A stretch of 64,000 bases of DNA from a virus (IMGVR_UViG_3300020576_005251:1-64000), one strand, 5' to 3'. Shown: positions 1 through 10,700, counted from the first letter of the stretch. Numbers and translations are program-made. Notes: generated from the sequence alone by a model not told the origin.

Positions 1-6
1 GGGCGG

Positions 7-714
7 TCAGGAGGGCTGGGCGGCGGGGGAGGCGGGGGCGGCGGGCTGGGCGGCGGGGGCGGCGGGCGTGGTGGCGGGCGCGTCCACGGGCTTGGCGGAG
101 GTGATCACGACGCCCTCGCTGCTGTGCGGCGGAGGCGCCCCGAGCAGGGCGTTGAGGGCGTTGGCCGTGGCCGCCGCCGCCGCCCGCTGGGGCGAGTCGG
201 ACGGAGTCGACGCAGCGGCGAAGGCCACCATGGTGGTGGCCGCGTGCGCGACCACCTTGACCCCGGCGCTCAGCTCGCTCACGACCTCCGTGAGACGGCC
301 GAGCTCGAACCGGAGGCGCCGCGCCTCCAGGAGGGTCCGCGACTCCTTCTCGGCCTCCAGGGCCTCCGAGGGGACGGAGGATCCGAAGAGCGAGGCGCGG
401 GCGAGCGCCCACCGCCAGTAGCCGACCTCGGCCGCTTCCATCGCGTGGCGCTTCCGCCACGCGATGCCCGCCTCTCCCCCGACGAACCCCGCCATGCAGA
501 GCGCGTAGAGGCGCCGATCTTCGAGGGTCTTGATCTCCTTCGGGAACGCCAGCTTCGCGGGGTCCACCTCCGTGGTCACCGTCGCGCTGACCAGCGCCGC
601 GATCAGCGGGGCGTTGAACAGGTTGACCGGCGAGGCCGGGGCGGCGGCGGCGGTCGTGGTCGTGGTGGTGGTGGTCGAGGGGGCGGGGGTGGTGGCGGTC
701 TTGGCGAGGGTCAT
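7..714 (-). CDS. Hypothetical protein with low-complexity T/A/P-rich ends; possible early gene
   Basis: ORF track 7..744. ATG at 714 has an AGGAGA SD (plus-strand tctcct 721-726). No recognisable motif. Confidence 0.6.
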   Translation of the reverse strand: MTLAKTATTPAPSTTTTTTTTAAAAPASPVNLFNAPLIAALVSATVTTEVDPAKLAFPKEIKTLEDRRLYALCMAGFVGGEAGIAWRKRHAMEAAEVGYWRWALARASLFGSSVPSEALEAEKESRTLLEARRLRFELGRLTEVVSELSAGVKVVAHAATTMVAFAAASTPSDSPQRAAAAATANALNALLGAPPPHSSEGVVITSAKPVDAPATTPAAPAAQPAAPASPAAQPS

Positions 715-756
715 GGCGATTCTCCTGGTGGCGTAAGAGCCCACTGCTCCTACACC

Positions 757-774
757 TTCTTATACCCGAAAAGA
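757..774 (-). promoter_or_regulatory. Putative promoter element (TTTTCGGGTATAAGAA on the minus strand) upstream of 7..714
   Basis: AT-rich TATAAG box in intergenic DNA. Similar GGTA(T/G)AAG elements occur near 6763-6776 and 54579-54593. Confidence 0.45.
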
Positions 775-823
775 CCCCCTGTTTTCGGACCCCTATACGG
801 CGTATTCGACCTACCCTTCTGGC

Positions 824-1192
824 ATGAACCCCATCATCGCCTTCCTCACCCAGAACTGGCAGTGGCTGTTCTGGCCCATCGTCAGCGCCACCCTGGCCGT
901 CCTCTCTCGCAAGAAGACGGCCCAGGAGTGGGAGACCTGGGCCCTGGAGAGCCCGGTCCTGGCCTTCCTGATCGAGATCGCCCGTGCGGCCGGTTTCGAC
1001 ATCGTCAAGATGATGTCCGCCTTCAAGCGGTACGCCGACCGCCGCGCCGGGGCCATCCCCAACGAGATCTGGGAGCGGCTCCCGGTGAGCAACGCCCTGA
1101 AGGCGCACCTCGCCGACCCCGCCAAGCGCCGCCAGCTGGAGGCGCTCGTGCAGGAGTTCAGCCAGACGCCCTCTACGCCTTCGACTCCCTGA
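824..1192 (+). CDS. Small membrane protein (holin-like candidate)
   Basis: Hydrophobic N-terminus (IIAFLTQNWQWLFWPIVSATLAVL) followed by RKK. TACCCT lies 6 nt before the ATG. Confidence 0.5.
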   Translation: MNPIIAFLTQNWQWLFWPIVSATLAVLSRKKTAQEWETWALESPVLAFLIEIARAAGFDIVKMMSAFKRYADRRAGAIPNEIWERLPVSNALKAHLADPAKRRQLEALVQEFSQTPSTPSTP

Positions 1193-2483
1193 CCACCCCC
1201 CGCTTCCAGAGCAGATCCAGGGCGGCTTCCATCAGCTTGTGGATGTTGTCCACGTGGCCGATGGTACCGTCATCGGACCCGTCCAGGTGCGCCGCCTCGT
1301 GGATGTACACCCCCAGCGCCTTCCCGAAGGATGCCAGCGTACTGCGCGCGAGGAACACCTGCCCATCGCGCATCAGCCCCTCCGTCGTGGCGCCCTTGAA
1401 GTCGACGACCGAAGGCAGCACGTCGATCTTGAGCGATTCCCCGACCTCCAGCAGGCCGCGAACGATCTCGCGCTCCCGCGCTTCGAGGTCTTCCACGGCG
1501 TAGGTCTTGGTGATCTTCCTCCGAGTCTCCTGGAGGATCGTTGTGATCGAGGGCAGCGGGCTGCGCACCAGGGCGCAGAGGCTGGTGGGCAGGCTCACCG
1601 GGACCATCCCGCTGTGCTCCAGCTGGACGCCCTCTCCGACAGAGCTCACGGGGTAGGCGTTCTCGCCGTGCTTCTCTCGGAACACGGCCAGGAGCTTGCC
1701 CGAGAGCCCCGGCGTGTACATGTGCTCCAGCCCCGAGAACTCCCCCGCGCCCCGCGCCATGGCGTTGTAGCACGCCTTCGCGTTGTCGGGGTCACGCGCC
1801 GCTTCCGCCCACATCTCGCCGATGCGCCGTGTGGCCTCGTCCTGCCGGTAGGACTTGCGATCCCGGCCAATGTCCAGGTCGATGAAGTCGTACCCGAACT
1901 TGCTGTCTCGGACCATGTCCACGAACACACCCCTGGAGAAGCGGCGCCCCGCGTACTCCTGGTCCAGGAGGATGGTACCCTTTGTGGTCTGGATCTTCTC
2001 CACGGGGGGCATGAGGCGCAGAAACAGCTGCTGAATCTGGTACCACGCGTCGTCGTCCAGTCCGGGGATCTCCACGGACACCATGCCACGAGACTTGATG
2101 CTTCGCGTAGTGATGACGAAGGAGGAGAGGTCGTTGGCGTCCTTCTCGAAGGATGGCGTCCAGGTCTCGTCGTCATTGACGACACGAACGGGGATCTGAA
2201 GCCGTGCGAAGATGAGGAGCGCCAGCTTGAGCCCCTCGCCGAACTGACCGATCAGCCCGCCGCCGCCGCCGCGCTTCGACGTACCGCCGAAGTAGAGCGC
2301 TTCAGGGGGCATCTTGACGCCCTGGTTCTCGACGTAGAGGGTGCCCTGTGCGAAGCGGATCACGCAGGGTGACTTGCGCTGAGCCTCGGCATCGAGTCCG
2401 TTTGCGATGATCTCGCGGATGCCGTCGAACAGCGTCCACCCATGGACGTACTCTGCCAATGCCATGTACCGATAGACGGCCAT
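1173..2483 (-). CDS. GHKL (HATPase_c) ATPase fused to a C-terminal HExxH metallopeptidase-like domain
   Basis: REIIANGLDA (N box), ENQG, GGTSKR...IGQFGEGLKLA (G boxes), and C-terminal IHEAAH...GH. Start placed at ATG 2483. Confidence 0.75.
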   Translation of the reverse strand: MAVYRYMALAEYVHGWTLFDGIREIIANGLDAEAQRKSPCVIRFAQGTLYVENQGVKMPPEALYFGGTSKRGGGGGLIGQFGEGLKLALLIFARLQIPVRVVNDDETWTPSFEKDANDLSSFVITTRSIKSRGMVSVEIPGLDDDAWYQIQQLFLRLMPPVEKIQTTKGTILLDQEYAGRRFSRGVFVDMVRDSKFGYDFIDLDIGRDRKSYRQDEATRRIGEMWAEAARDPDNAKACYNAMARGAGEFSGLEHMYTPGLSGKLLAVFREKHGENAYPVSSVGEGVQLEHSGMVPVSLPTSLCALVRSPLPSITTILQETRRKITKTYAVEDLEAREREIVRGLLEVGESLKIDVLPSVVDFKGATTEGLMRDGQVFLARSTLASFGKALGVYIHEAAHLDGSDDGTIGHVDNIHKLMEAALDLLWKRGVVRESKA

Positions 2484-2526
2484 AGTGCCTACTTTCAGAC
2501 GGGAGTTGTTGAGGATTGGGGATGAA

Positions 2527-2961
2527 CTACTGAGACAGTGCCCGGCGAATGCGGGCACGGTAGCCGAGGACTTGCTCGGCGTATGCCGCGCCGTGACCGG
2601 CGCGACAAGCAGGATCAGGACCGCAGACCCACGAGGTCAGGTAGCTGCGCAAGGCAGGAATACGCCGTACGACGCCGATGGTGCGTGCGGTGTAGTTGGC
2701 CTGGGCGGAGTAGTCGCGGACCACGCAGAGCCCTCGGCGCCTACGCCTCTCCGTGCTATCGGGGGCGCAGGTTTCGTAGATCTGGACCCCGCAGAGCAGG
2801 TGCCGCACGTGGACGGTGCCCACTTGCGACTCCTTGACCGCGATGGCCACCACCGTAGCCAGATCAGCTCCGTGGGTGTGCACCGCGTCTTGCAGGGTGT
2901 TGAGCGTAGCCGGGTCAGCGTGGATTCCGAACAGGGTGATCAGTACTTGAGCGAGGGTCAT
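2527..2961 (-). CDS. Putative lytic transglycosylase (SLT/lysozyme-like)
   Basis: HGADLATVVAIAVKES matches SLT motif I with the catalytic Glu; C-terminal YAEQVL resembles YVxKVL. Confidence 0.5.
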   Translation of the reverse strand: MTLAQVLITLFGIHADPATLNTLQDAVHTHGADLATVVAIAVKESQVGTVHVRHLLCGVQIYETCAPDSTERRRRRGLCVVRDYSAQANYTARTIGVVRRIPALRSYLTSWVCGPDPACRAGHGAAYAEQVLGYRARIRRALSQ

Positions 2962-3301
2962 GCGGAGGATGCTCCGGGGCGAAGGGGCTCACGCCGAGGT
3001 GGCCGTGGCCTCGATGAACCTTCCAGCCGTTCACCAGCTGAGCTTCCTCGCGTAGGAACTCAGACTCGAAGAACGCCCGGAAGGCTCCTGAGATACGTTC
3101 GTCGCACTCGACCGTCTCAGGGTGACGTAGGTAGAGAGTGGCTTGGTCTCCTTCGTGTTGGACGTAGCCCTCGACCGCGTGTCCGAGGGGGGTGTAGGGG
3201 GAGAGCGTGTGCAGCACCTCTCCCGACTTGCGCGCTCGCTCGACCGCTTCATTCAAAGCAGCCGCGCGGAAGAGGAGATAGAGGCGCTGGGCGTGTGTCA
3301 T
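2915..3301 (-). CDS. Hypothetical protein (MTHAQRLYLL...)
   Basis: C-terminal part of ORF 2915..3610; ATG at 3301 overlaps the stop of 3298..3645 (ATGA coupling). Confidence 0.5.
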   Translation of the reverse strand: MTHAQRLYLLFRAAALNEAVERARKSGEVLHTLSPYTPLGHAVEGYVQHEGDQATLYLRHPETVECDERISGAFRAFFESEFLREEAQLVNGWKVHRGHGHLGVSPFAPEHPPHDPRSSTDHPVRNPR

Positions 3302-3645
3302 CGGTTCTGCGAGTAGTACGCGAACGCAGCCTTGCGCGCCTTGGCGATCTGAGCAGGCGCCTCGGGCACGTCGGCGAGGTTGAAGGTGTTCAGCGCCATC
3401 AGCTCCTGCGCGTAAGCCACCTCCACGGGCGTGAGGCCCGACTCCAGACGCAGGAGGTTCAGGAACTTGATGAGGTCCTCCGTGATCTTCTTGGCTCGAC
3501 CCCAGGGGTCCTTGGGGTCGGGCACGTACGGCGTATCGAACCCCCACGGATCCTTCACGTCGCGCTCCGCGAGGCTCTCGTCTGGTGCGAGCGTCGCGAG
3601 TCCCGCCCACTGCTCCTGCCTCTTCAGGCGAGCTTCGTCGCTCAC
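3298..3645 (-). CDS. Hypothetical protein
   Basis: Part of a chain of 4-nt-overlapping minus-strand genes; protein-like composition. Confidence 0.6.
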   Translation of the reverse strand: MSDEARLKRQEQWAGLATLAPDESLAERDVKDPWGFDTPYVPDPKDPWGRAKKITEDLIKFLNLLRLESGLTPVEVAYAQELMALNTFNLADVPEAPAQIAKARKAAFAYYSQNR

Positions 3646-3872
3646 GGATCCCTCCGCTGCTGACAGCCGCGCACGATCTGATCAGGGTAGACGATCATGG
3701 GCTCCGCCAGAGGGCCCTTCACGACGCGCGCGCCCTCAGGACGGTCGGGATCCCCCTGGAGGTATCCCGACTTGGCCGCGCACCACCCGTAGGGCGCGCT
3801 ACGTTCCCGCACACCCCCCTGCACCTTGCGGTCTTGATAGTGGAGACATTCAGAGCAGGGAGCGTCGTTCAT
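3642..3872 (-). CDS. Small Cys-rich protein (CxxC...C...C)
   Basis: CSEC, WC and GC; translationally coupled to its neighbours. Confidence 0.55.
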   Translation of the reverse strand: MNDAPCSECLHYQDRKVQGGVRERSAPYGWCAAKSGYLQGDPDRPEGARVVKGPLAEPMIVYPDQIVRGCQQRRDP

Positions 3873-4333
3873 GCGATCCTCAGGATGTTCAATCGGTAGG
3901 TGGACAGCGCGGCCTTACAGCGTGGGTCGGATACTACCAGGGTGCTCAAGGCCAGCGCAAGTCGATCGATCGCCATCGCTCGGGCGAGGCGTTCGTCGGT
4001 GGAAGACGCCACCGCGTAGAGGGTGAGAACCCCCAGATCGAGTTCGACGCAGGGACTCAGGGGGCGTTGATCGAAGGTGATCTTCTGCTTCTGGAGGAGC
4101 TGCACGCAGAGGGGCGTGATCTCCCGCAGTTCATTCAGACACTCGCCCAGGGTTTGTGTCGCGATGCCAAGGGCCTTCTCCTCGTCCTTCAGGCGGAAGG
4201 GTAGCGCCACGACCAGTGCGTACGCACGTCCGTTGAAGCGGACAGGCTGGGTGCCTGCCGTCGCGTTCTCCAGCGGGTTCTCTTCGGGCTGTGCCCGCTC
4301 GACCCAGGGGGAGATGATGCCGCCGCGACTCAC
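3869..4333 (-). CDS. Hypothetical protein
   Basis: Coupled ORF in the minus-strand operon. Confidence 0.6.
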   Translation of the reverse strand: MSRGGIISPWVERAQPEENPLENATAGTQPVRFNGRAYALVVALPFRLKDEEKALGIATQTLGECLNELREITPLCVQLLQKQKITFDQRPLSPCVELDLGVLTLYAVASSTDERLARAMAIDRLALALSTLVVSDPRCKAALSTYRLNILRIA

Positions 4334-4752
4334 AGGATGATCCTTGTCCGGTCGACACCCTTGGAACCGTCACGGTCGTCACAGCGGATGTGTGCGTACT
4401 CCGCCTCCTCCTTGACCTTGACGTTGGGATGTCCCGCCACCGGGTCGTGATCGATCTCTTGTACTCGAAGGACTTCCCCGAGGAGGTCCCCTCTGCGGAA
4501 CGGCTCTCCACACTTCAGACACTGGTAGCTCGGTGCTGTCGGCATGACCAATCCTAGCCTTTCTACCTTGAGGCGTCCCGGGTTGAGCTGCTTGTGAACC
4601 CAGGGCAGCTTCGGGTTCCCGCAGTCTGTGTGGTAGGCCAGCGGAGCGTCCTGACCTTGTGGACGCCCGTTGCGCATGTGAGAGAAGCGGTGGGCCTGCC
4701 CCACCTTGTCTTCTTTCGCCAGCCGCTGTCCGCAGAAGGGGCAGTCCATCAC
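4330..4752 (-). CDS. Zn-ribbon-containing hypothetical protein
   Basis: CPFC...HTDC and CLKC...HIRC motifs. Confidence 0.6.
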   Translation of the reverse strand: MMDCPFCGQRLAKEDKVGQAHRFSHMRNGRPQGQDAPLAYHTDCGNPKLPWVHKQLNPGRLKVERLGLVMPTAPSYQCLKCGEPFRRGDLLGEVLRVQEIDHDPVAGHPNVKVKEEAEYAHIRCDDRDGSKGVDRTRIIL

Positions 4753-6734
4753 GCCCCCGTAGCCTGCGCCCCCAGGGCACGCAGGATGTTCAGGACCATG
4801 GCCTTGTCTTGCAGGTACGGGTGGGGGAGCGACCCCCTCACCCGTCCCGCGTATGCCTTGGCCTTGGCGGGCGCCGGGGGCTTGGAGTGGGCCCTCAGGT
4901 CGAGGAGCGCCACCACGCCACGGTCGTCCTCGGTGCGGATCAAGCGTCCGCCGCCCTGCTTGAGGTCCATCACGGCCTCCTGAAGATCGAACGCCTCCCA
5001 GGAGCGGATCTCAGCCGTCTTCTGCGCGATCCCGTTGGCCACCATCGCATTGATGTACACCTCCTTCCGAGCACCCAGGAGGATGTCGGCACGGTTCGGG
5101 AACGGGAGGCGTGGGATGATCACGAGGCGCAAGGTGTCGCCCGGAATGTCGACGCCCTCCCAGAAGGTCTTCAGCCCCATGAGGACGTTGTTCTTGGCGG
5201 ACTTGAACCAGTTGATCGTGTCTTCGAACGAGACGCCAGGGCGCTGATGCGTCAGCGTGTAGGGCAGCGGGTAGTACATCTTCCGGATGGCCTCGTAGAG
5301 CTCGCGCATGTCATCCGTGGAGGAGCAGAGCACGAACGCGCCGCCGTTCGATGCGACGAGAAGCTCGTGGATGCACGTCGCCATCTTCCGGTAGTAGTCC
5401 CCGCCGCGTTCCGCAGGGTCCGGGGAGTCCGCTGCGACGTAGAGCGCGGACTTGGTCTTGTAGTCGAAGGGCGACGGCAGGATCACCGAGTGCTTGATCT
5501 GCGAGGGCGCCAGACCATACTCGCGCGCCATGTAGTCCATGCGATCGAAGACGGACAGCGTGGCGCTGGTCACCACGACGCGACCGATGCCGAGGAGCGC
5601 CGGAGCGACGAGGGGGCCGATCTCGACCGGACATGTCACGATGTTCCACTCATCGCGCGCGCCCTTCTCGATGTACTTGACCCAATCCACCCGATCGCCC
5701 AACGGGTGCTGGTATTCGCCGAGCGTGACCTCGGCGAGCGTGCGCATCTGCGTGAGCATCTGCGAGGCGCTCCGCAGCTGCGCCTTGATGCGGGCGCTGG
5801 TTTCGTCGCCGCCCATGAAGCCCTCGTCGTCGTCGATCATGTCCGCGCGTTGCATGCCCGAGAGCGCCTTGCCCGCGAGGTCCCGCAGCTGGACGAAGTG
5901 CGAGGCGAGGGGGCCGCTCATCCCCAGGTGTTGGTTGCGCTTCGGAACCTCCGCGAAGATCGCGTCGTAGATCGCGAACAGACGCGTCCCAGGGTCGTAC
6001 TGCGTGTCCTTCAGCAGTCGAGCGAGGTGCTCCGGCTGGCGCGGCGTCAGGCGGAGGGAGTAGGCATCGCGGAAGAACTTCGGGGCTTGGTGGGCCTCGT
6101 CGATGATCAATACGTCGTACGGGCCGAGGATCTTGCCCCCGCCGATCGCGAGGTCCTGGGCGAGCAGGGCGTGGTTGACCACGAGCACCTGCGCGAAGGT
6201 GCCCTTGTTGCGCGACTTGAGGTAGCCACATCCTTCGGCGTACGGGCACGCGCTGCGCACACACTCGCTGACACGCGCGTGGTGCAGCCACTTGTAGTCG
6301 GGCAGGCCGCTCATGTCGGCGTCTTCGGACTGATCCAGCCACGCCTGGAAGATCTTCGCCTCCTCCGGGTTGACATCTTGAAAGGCGGTCGTGGATGCGA
6401 GGTCGGCCCAGCGGAGACGGCAGGCGTGGTTGCCCTTGCCCTTCATGCTCGCGTAGGGCCGCGCGTTGATGAGCGAGGCGACGTGAGGGAGGTCCGCGCC
6501 GATCAGCTGTTGCTGGAGGGCCTTCTTGGCGGTGGAGATCACCACACGCTTGTCCGACGCCATCGCAGGCACCGAGTAGGCGAAGCTCTTGCCGGTGCCC
6601 GTACCGGCCTCGATGAAGGCGATGCCGCCGTTCTGGATGATGTCATCGACGGTCTTCGCCATGGTGACTTGGGCGGGTCGCACAGAGCGAACGAGCCCCT
6701 TCGCGGGATCAGTGAACCAGTCTTCGATTGCCAT
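4749..6734 (-). CDS. dinG: DinG/YoaA-family SF2 helicase with Fe-S cysteines
   Basis: RPAQ Q-motif, EAGTGTGKS, DEAH, SATL, FWEGVDIPG, RLPF and QGGGRLIR; Cys pattern C...C-x4-C-x5-C. Confidence 0.9.
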   Translation of the reverse strand: MAIEDWFTDPAKGLVRSVRPAQVTMAKTVDDIIQNGGIAFIEAGTGTGKSFAYSVPAMASDKRVVISTAKKALQQQLIGADLPHVASLINARPYASMKGKGNHACRLRWADLASTTAFQDVNPEEAKIFQAWLDQSEDADMSGLPDYKWLHHARVSECVRSACPYAEGCGYLKSRNKGTFAQVLVVNHALLAQDLAIGGGKILGPYDVLIIDEAHQAPKFFRDAYSLRLTPRQPEHLARLLKDTQYDPGTRLFAIYDAIFAEVPKRNQHLGMSGPLASHFVQLRDLAGKALSGMQRADMIDDDEGFMGGDETSARIKAQLRSASQMLTQMRTLAEVTLGEYQHPLGDRVDWVKYIEKGARDEWNIVTCPVEIGPLVAPALLGIGRVVVTSATLSVFDRMDYMAREYGLAPSQIKHSVILPSPFDYKTKSALYVAADSPDPAERGGDYYRKMATCIHELLVASNGGAFVLCSSTDDMRELYEAIRKMYYPLPYTLTHQRPGVSFEDTINWFKSAKNNVLMGLKTFWEGVDIPGDTLRLVIIPRLPFPNRADILLGARKEVYINAMVANGIAQKTAEIRSWEAFDLQEAVMDLKQGGGRLIRTEDDRGVVALLDLRAHSKPPAPAKAKAYAGRVRGSLPHPYLQDKAMVLNILRALGAQATGA

Positions 6735-6788
6735 TCAGAGCCTCCGGGGGTAAAGACAGACACTTCTACCACGAAAGGTGGCGTTTTC

Positions 6789-7358
6789 ATGGCAATCCAA
6801 GCACCGGGCAAGTATGACATCGACGAGATCGAGGCGGGCGTACGCGGTACGCCTTCCGACACCCTGGTGGCCGACGTGGCACCTCCGGTGAAGGAGGAGA
6901 AGCCGATCACCTGGGAGGATCGACTCAAGGCCGTTGGGATCTCGGTCGATCAGGCCCATGAGATCCTGACACAGATGCTCACGAAGGGCTACTTCGAGAA
7001 GACCTTCCAGATCTACGGAGGGAAGCTCTCGGTGACGCTGCGCTCGCGACTCGCGTGGCACCGCACGCGACACAACGAGGCCCTCGACGCGCTGCGGTCG
7101 AATGACCCCAACGTGCACGCCGAGCTGGCCTTCCGCTACGCGCTCGCTGGCTCGCTCGTGCGGATCGGCTCCACCACGTTCCCCGTCGTGGAACGTTCGG
7201 ACGAGCCTGCCGTCGCGTCGAAGAAGCTCGATCAGGCGTTCGCGCAGATCGCACAGATTCAGGACTCGCTCCTGGGGCAGGCGCTCTACCCCCTGGTGTC
7301 TCGCTTCGATGCGGCGGTCTACGCGGCGCTCTCGCAAGACGCGCCCTCAAGTTTCTGA
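6789..7358 (+). CDS. Probable tail assembly chaperone (gpG-like position)
   Basis: Coding part of ORF 4659..7358 (ATG 6789, AGGT SD); lies two genes upstream of the tape-measure-like gene. Confidence 0.5.
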   Translation: MAIQAPGKYDIDEIEAGVRGTPSDTLVADVAPPVKEEKPITWEDRLKAVGISVDQAHEILTQMLTKGYFEKTFQIYGGKLSVTLRSRLAWHRTRHNEALDALRSNDPNVHAELAFRYALAGSLVRIGSTTFPVVERSDEPAVASKKLDQAFAQIAQIQDSLLGQALYPLVSRFDAAVYAALSQDAPSSF

Positions 7359-7402
7359 GCCGCCCGGCGGGTGCAATCCGGGGGAAGGCTCTGGCGTCCG
7401 GA

Positions 7403-7774
7403 GTGCCTCTCCCGCCCCCGGGCAGTTTCCAGGACGTGATCATGCAGGAGATGCTCTTCAGAGAGCGCAACCGGGAGTACATCAAGCAGGTAACCACCCT
7501 CTCTGCCTTCGAGATCCTCACACAAGAGGTGACGGCGTTGCTGTGGCCGCGCGACGTGGACGACACCGTACGCAAGGAGGCGTACAACCACATCAAGGCC
7601 CGCTTTGCACGTCTCACCAAACTGGTGGAAGACGAGATCTTCGAGGAAGCCTACATGCCCGAGCGCATCCGAGAGGAGGAGCGCATGTCAAGAGAGAAGC
7701 GGATGGCCGAGATCCGCAGGCAGGCTGAGCAAGCCGAACTCGTGAAGCGCGTCGCAGGTTTCACGGACAGGTAG
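7403..7774 (+). CDS. Probable second tail chaperone segment (gpT-like), possibly reached by -1 frameshift
   Basis: The -1 frame is open across the upstream stop; no well-spaced SD; directly precedes the tape-measure-like gene. Confidence 0.45.
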   Translation: MPLPPPGSFQDVIMQEMLFRERNREYIKQVTTLSAFEILTQEVTALLWPRDVDDTVRKEAYNHIKARFARLTKLVEDEIFEEAYMPERIREEERMSREKRMAEIRRQAEQAELVKRVAGFTDR

Positions 7775-7793
7775 TTTGACGTAGACTACCTAC

Positions 7794-10700
7794 GTGCCGG
7801 ATTACAACTCGATGCAGGCGCAAGCGGGGCTCATGCCCAGCTCCGGCGCTCCTCCCGCCCCTCAGATGATCTTCCCTGGGCAGTTCGCGGCCATGATCGC
7901 GATGCAAGGGAACCAGATGCTGAACGGGGGCGGGATGTTCCCCACGAACACCTACACGCCTGGGTTCGGCACGTCTCCGCTCTTCCAAGGGCCCACGGGG
8001 TTCATCACGCCGATGGGCGCCGGGGCGCCGTTCAACCCCTACGCGCCCGCGAGCCCCTATTCGAACATGCTCTCGTACGGGAGCCCGATGGGGCGCCCGT
8101 CCCCCTTCGCGGCCTTCGCGCCTACGCCACCCCCTGCGTACGCGGGTCTCCAGGGTCTCGGGGCCGCGCCCTACGCGCCTCCCCCCATCCAGCCTGCCTT
8201 CGATACGCCGTACGGGTCCCGCGTCGCCCAGATGCAGGCCAACCACATGCGCGGGTGGGCGTTGGGCCAAGCCAACATGGGCTCGGCCATCCACGCTGGC
8301 ACCACGCTGGGGATGGCCGCGATCGGCGGCATGATGGGAGGGCCTATCGGCGCTGCCGGGGGCGCGCTCCTCTCAGAGTCGATGGGCATCGGGCGCGGCG
8401 CGCAGAACATGTACGGCAGCTACGTCAGCGCGCCGCGTCTGGCGATCCAGGGCGCCGCGCAAGGTCTCGAACACCTCTCGCAATCGTTCGTCCACTCTGG
8501 CACGAACCTGCATCCGAGCGGGGCTGGGTTCTCCCACCATGCGTCGCTTGAGGCGGCGCAGGGCTTGGGGAACATGGCGAATGACTCCAGCTTTCGGCGG
8601 GAGACGTTCAACCGATTCAACCAGCAGGACGTGTTCAAGATCACGCAGTCCTCGGCGGAGAACGGACTTCTCTCGGGTACGACCTCACCGCAGAACCTCA
8701 CGTCGCGTGTGCGCGAGATCGCCAAGAGCGTGTCTGCATTCATGGAGCTGGCACGCGAGCCTGACATCCAGCGAGCAATCCAGACGATGGGTTCTCTTCG
8801 GAACTCGGGCCTGAACCTGCAAGAGACCATGTCGGCGGTGTCAGCAGGGCGCACCTTCGCACGCATGGCAGGCACCTCGTTTCAGGGTCTGTCGGAGATC
8901 GGTGGCGCGCTCGGTTCGCAGATGTATCAGAGCATGGGCCTCAGCCAGGGCCTCGGTGTTCAGGTCGGCATGGGGGCCTACGGACAGGCTTCGTCTTCCA
9001 TCAACCAGGGCGCCCTCTCGCCTCAACTCGCTTCGCTGGTTGGCGGACGTGAGGGACTCTCGATGCTGAACTCGACGTTCTCCGCGTCGCAGTTGCAGCT
9101 GCCCATGACCGCGATGGGGCTCATGGGCGCCAGTGGCGGTCTCAGCGGCGGTGCAGTCCAGTCCTATCTGCGCGGCGGAACCGACGTGTTTGGCCTCACC
9201 AGCCGAGGCCCCGGGACGCTCAGTGGCATCGCGGGGCGTCTCGGTGTGGGCGGCATGGGCATGGCCGTGGGCATGCAGCCGATGATCCAAGATACCGTGG
9301 GGCGTCTCATCGAACAGCAGGGCCCGTTCGCACGCCGCAACCTCGAAGACCGCTCGATCATGAACATTTCCCGACAGATGGGGATGGGCGGCGCGGAAGG
9401 CTTCATGACTGCGGCGCAGATGAGTGGCATGCAGGGAACCGCCGCGCTCGCGCGCCTCAATGAACTCCAGTCGGGATCCTACTGGGAGACGCAGCAAGAT
9501 CAGTTGCGCACTGAGCAGCGTGAGTCGCGCGCCAACGCTGACCGCAACCGCCGTATGCGTGCGCCGCGCACGATCGACACCATGCTTCGCAACACCGCGC
9601 TGGGAGGCATTGGCGGCGCTGTCGGCCACGCGTTCCACCACGCAGAGGTCGGGCTGAGCCGCGCCTTCGGCGGTGAAGAGACCATGGATGGTGACGGGGC
9701 ACCGACCACCGACGCCGGTCGCCGTCGCCTGGATGAAGTGGTGCGTAGCTCTGAGTTTCGCCAGTATCTCGATGGGCGATCTGGCGGAGCACGTGGGCTA
9801 CCGGGCGGCGTGGCCGGTGTCGGCTACGGCACCAACCTCGCCTGGGCCGGTGGTTCTCGTGGCGCGCTCGCCGCGATTGACGGGCTCTTCATGGGCAGCG
9901 ACGCCTTCCGCAACCGAGCCGCCCGCGACTACGCAGCAGGCGGCGACTACGCGAGCGGCATGCTCAGTACCACGTCCGCAGAGCAGCGCCGTGCGATGGG
10001 TCGCGTCAACGAGACCTTCGGTGGGATGGAGGGGCTCTCGCAGTTCTCGCAGCGCGCGTCCGAACTCGCACAGAACGCCAACGGCGCGGGACGTGTGGCG
10101 CTCGGGAACCTCACCGGGATGGTGGGGTCTCGCGCCATCGCGGGCTCTTCGTTGGAGCGCGTCTTTCGCGATACGCTCCGAGCGCAGGGCGTCGGCGACA
10201 CCGAGATCAGCCGTCGCTGGCAGTCGGAGCAGTCGAGCATTCGAGCGCAGCACTCAGTCATGCGCCGGATGTACGGTGAGACGGACGCAGAGCGGGAAGC
10301 CTGGGAGACCACAGGCGAAGGCGCCTCGCGCTTCGGGCAGGCTGGGGCTCCCATGCGCCGGATGCGCGACGACGCCGAGTCCGGGTACCGCCGACTCATG
10401 GGTGACGTTGGTCGAGAAGGCCAAGCCGCATTCCGCACGATCTCAGATGAATCGGAAGGGCTGGGGGCCGAGGGGTCGACTCGTAACCGGCTGACGCGAC
10501 AGTTGACCACGGGGATGGCGCTCGCCCAGATCGGGAACATGCAACGGGACGGGTCCCTGGGACGCGCGGGTAGACATTCGATCGATCGAATGGTGCGACA
10601 GGCCCTCGATCAGGGCATGTCTCGGGAAGATCTCGCAGTCATCACCGAACGCGCCTCTGGGATCAGTCGGCGTCACCTCAACACGGACGGAGCGCAAGAA

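Noticed and set aside
1-90. GC-rich short repeats at the window start and at 640-700
   Set aside because: They encode low-complexity A/P/T linkers of the 7..714 protein and are not a separate element.
4659-6788. N-terminal 710 aa of the 899-aa ORF 4659..7358
   Set aside because: Antisense to dinG; the plausible gene starts at ATG 6789.
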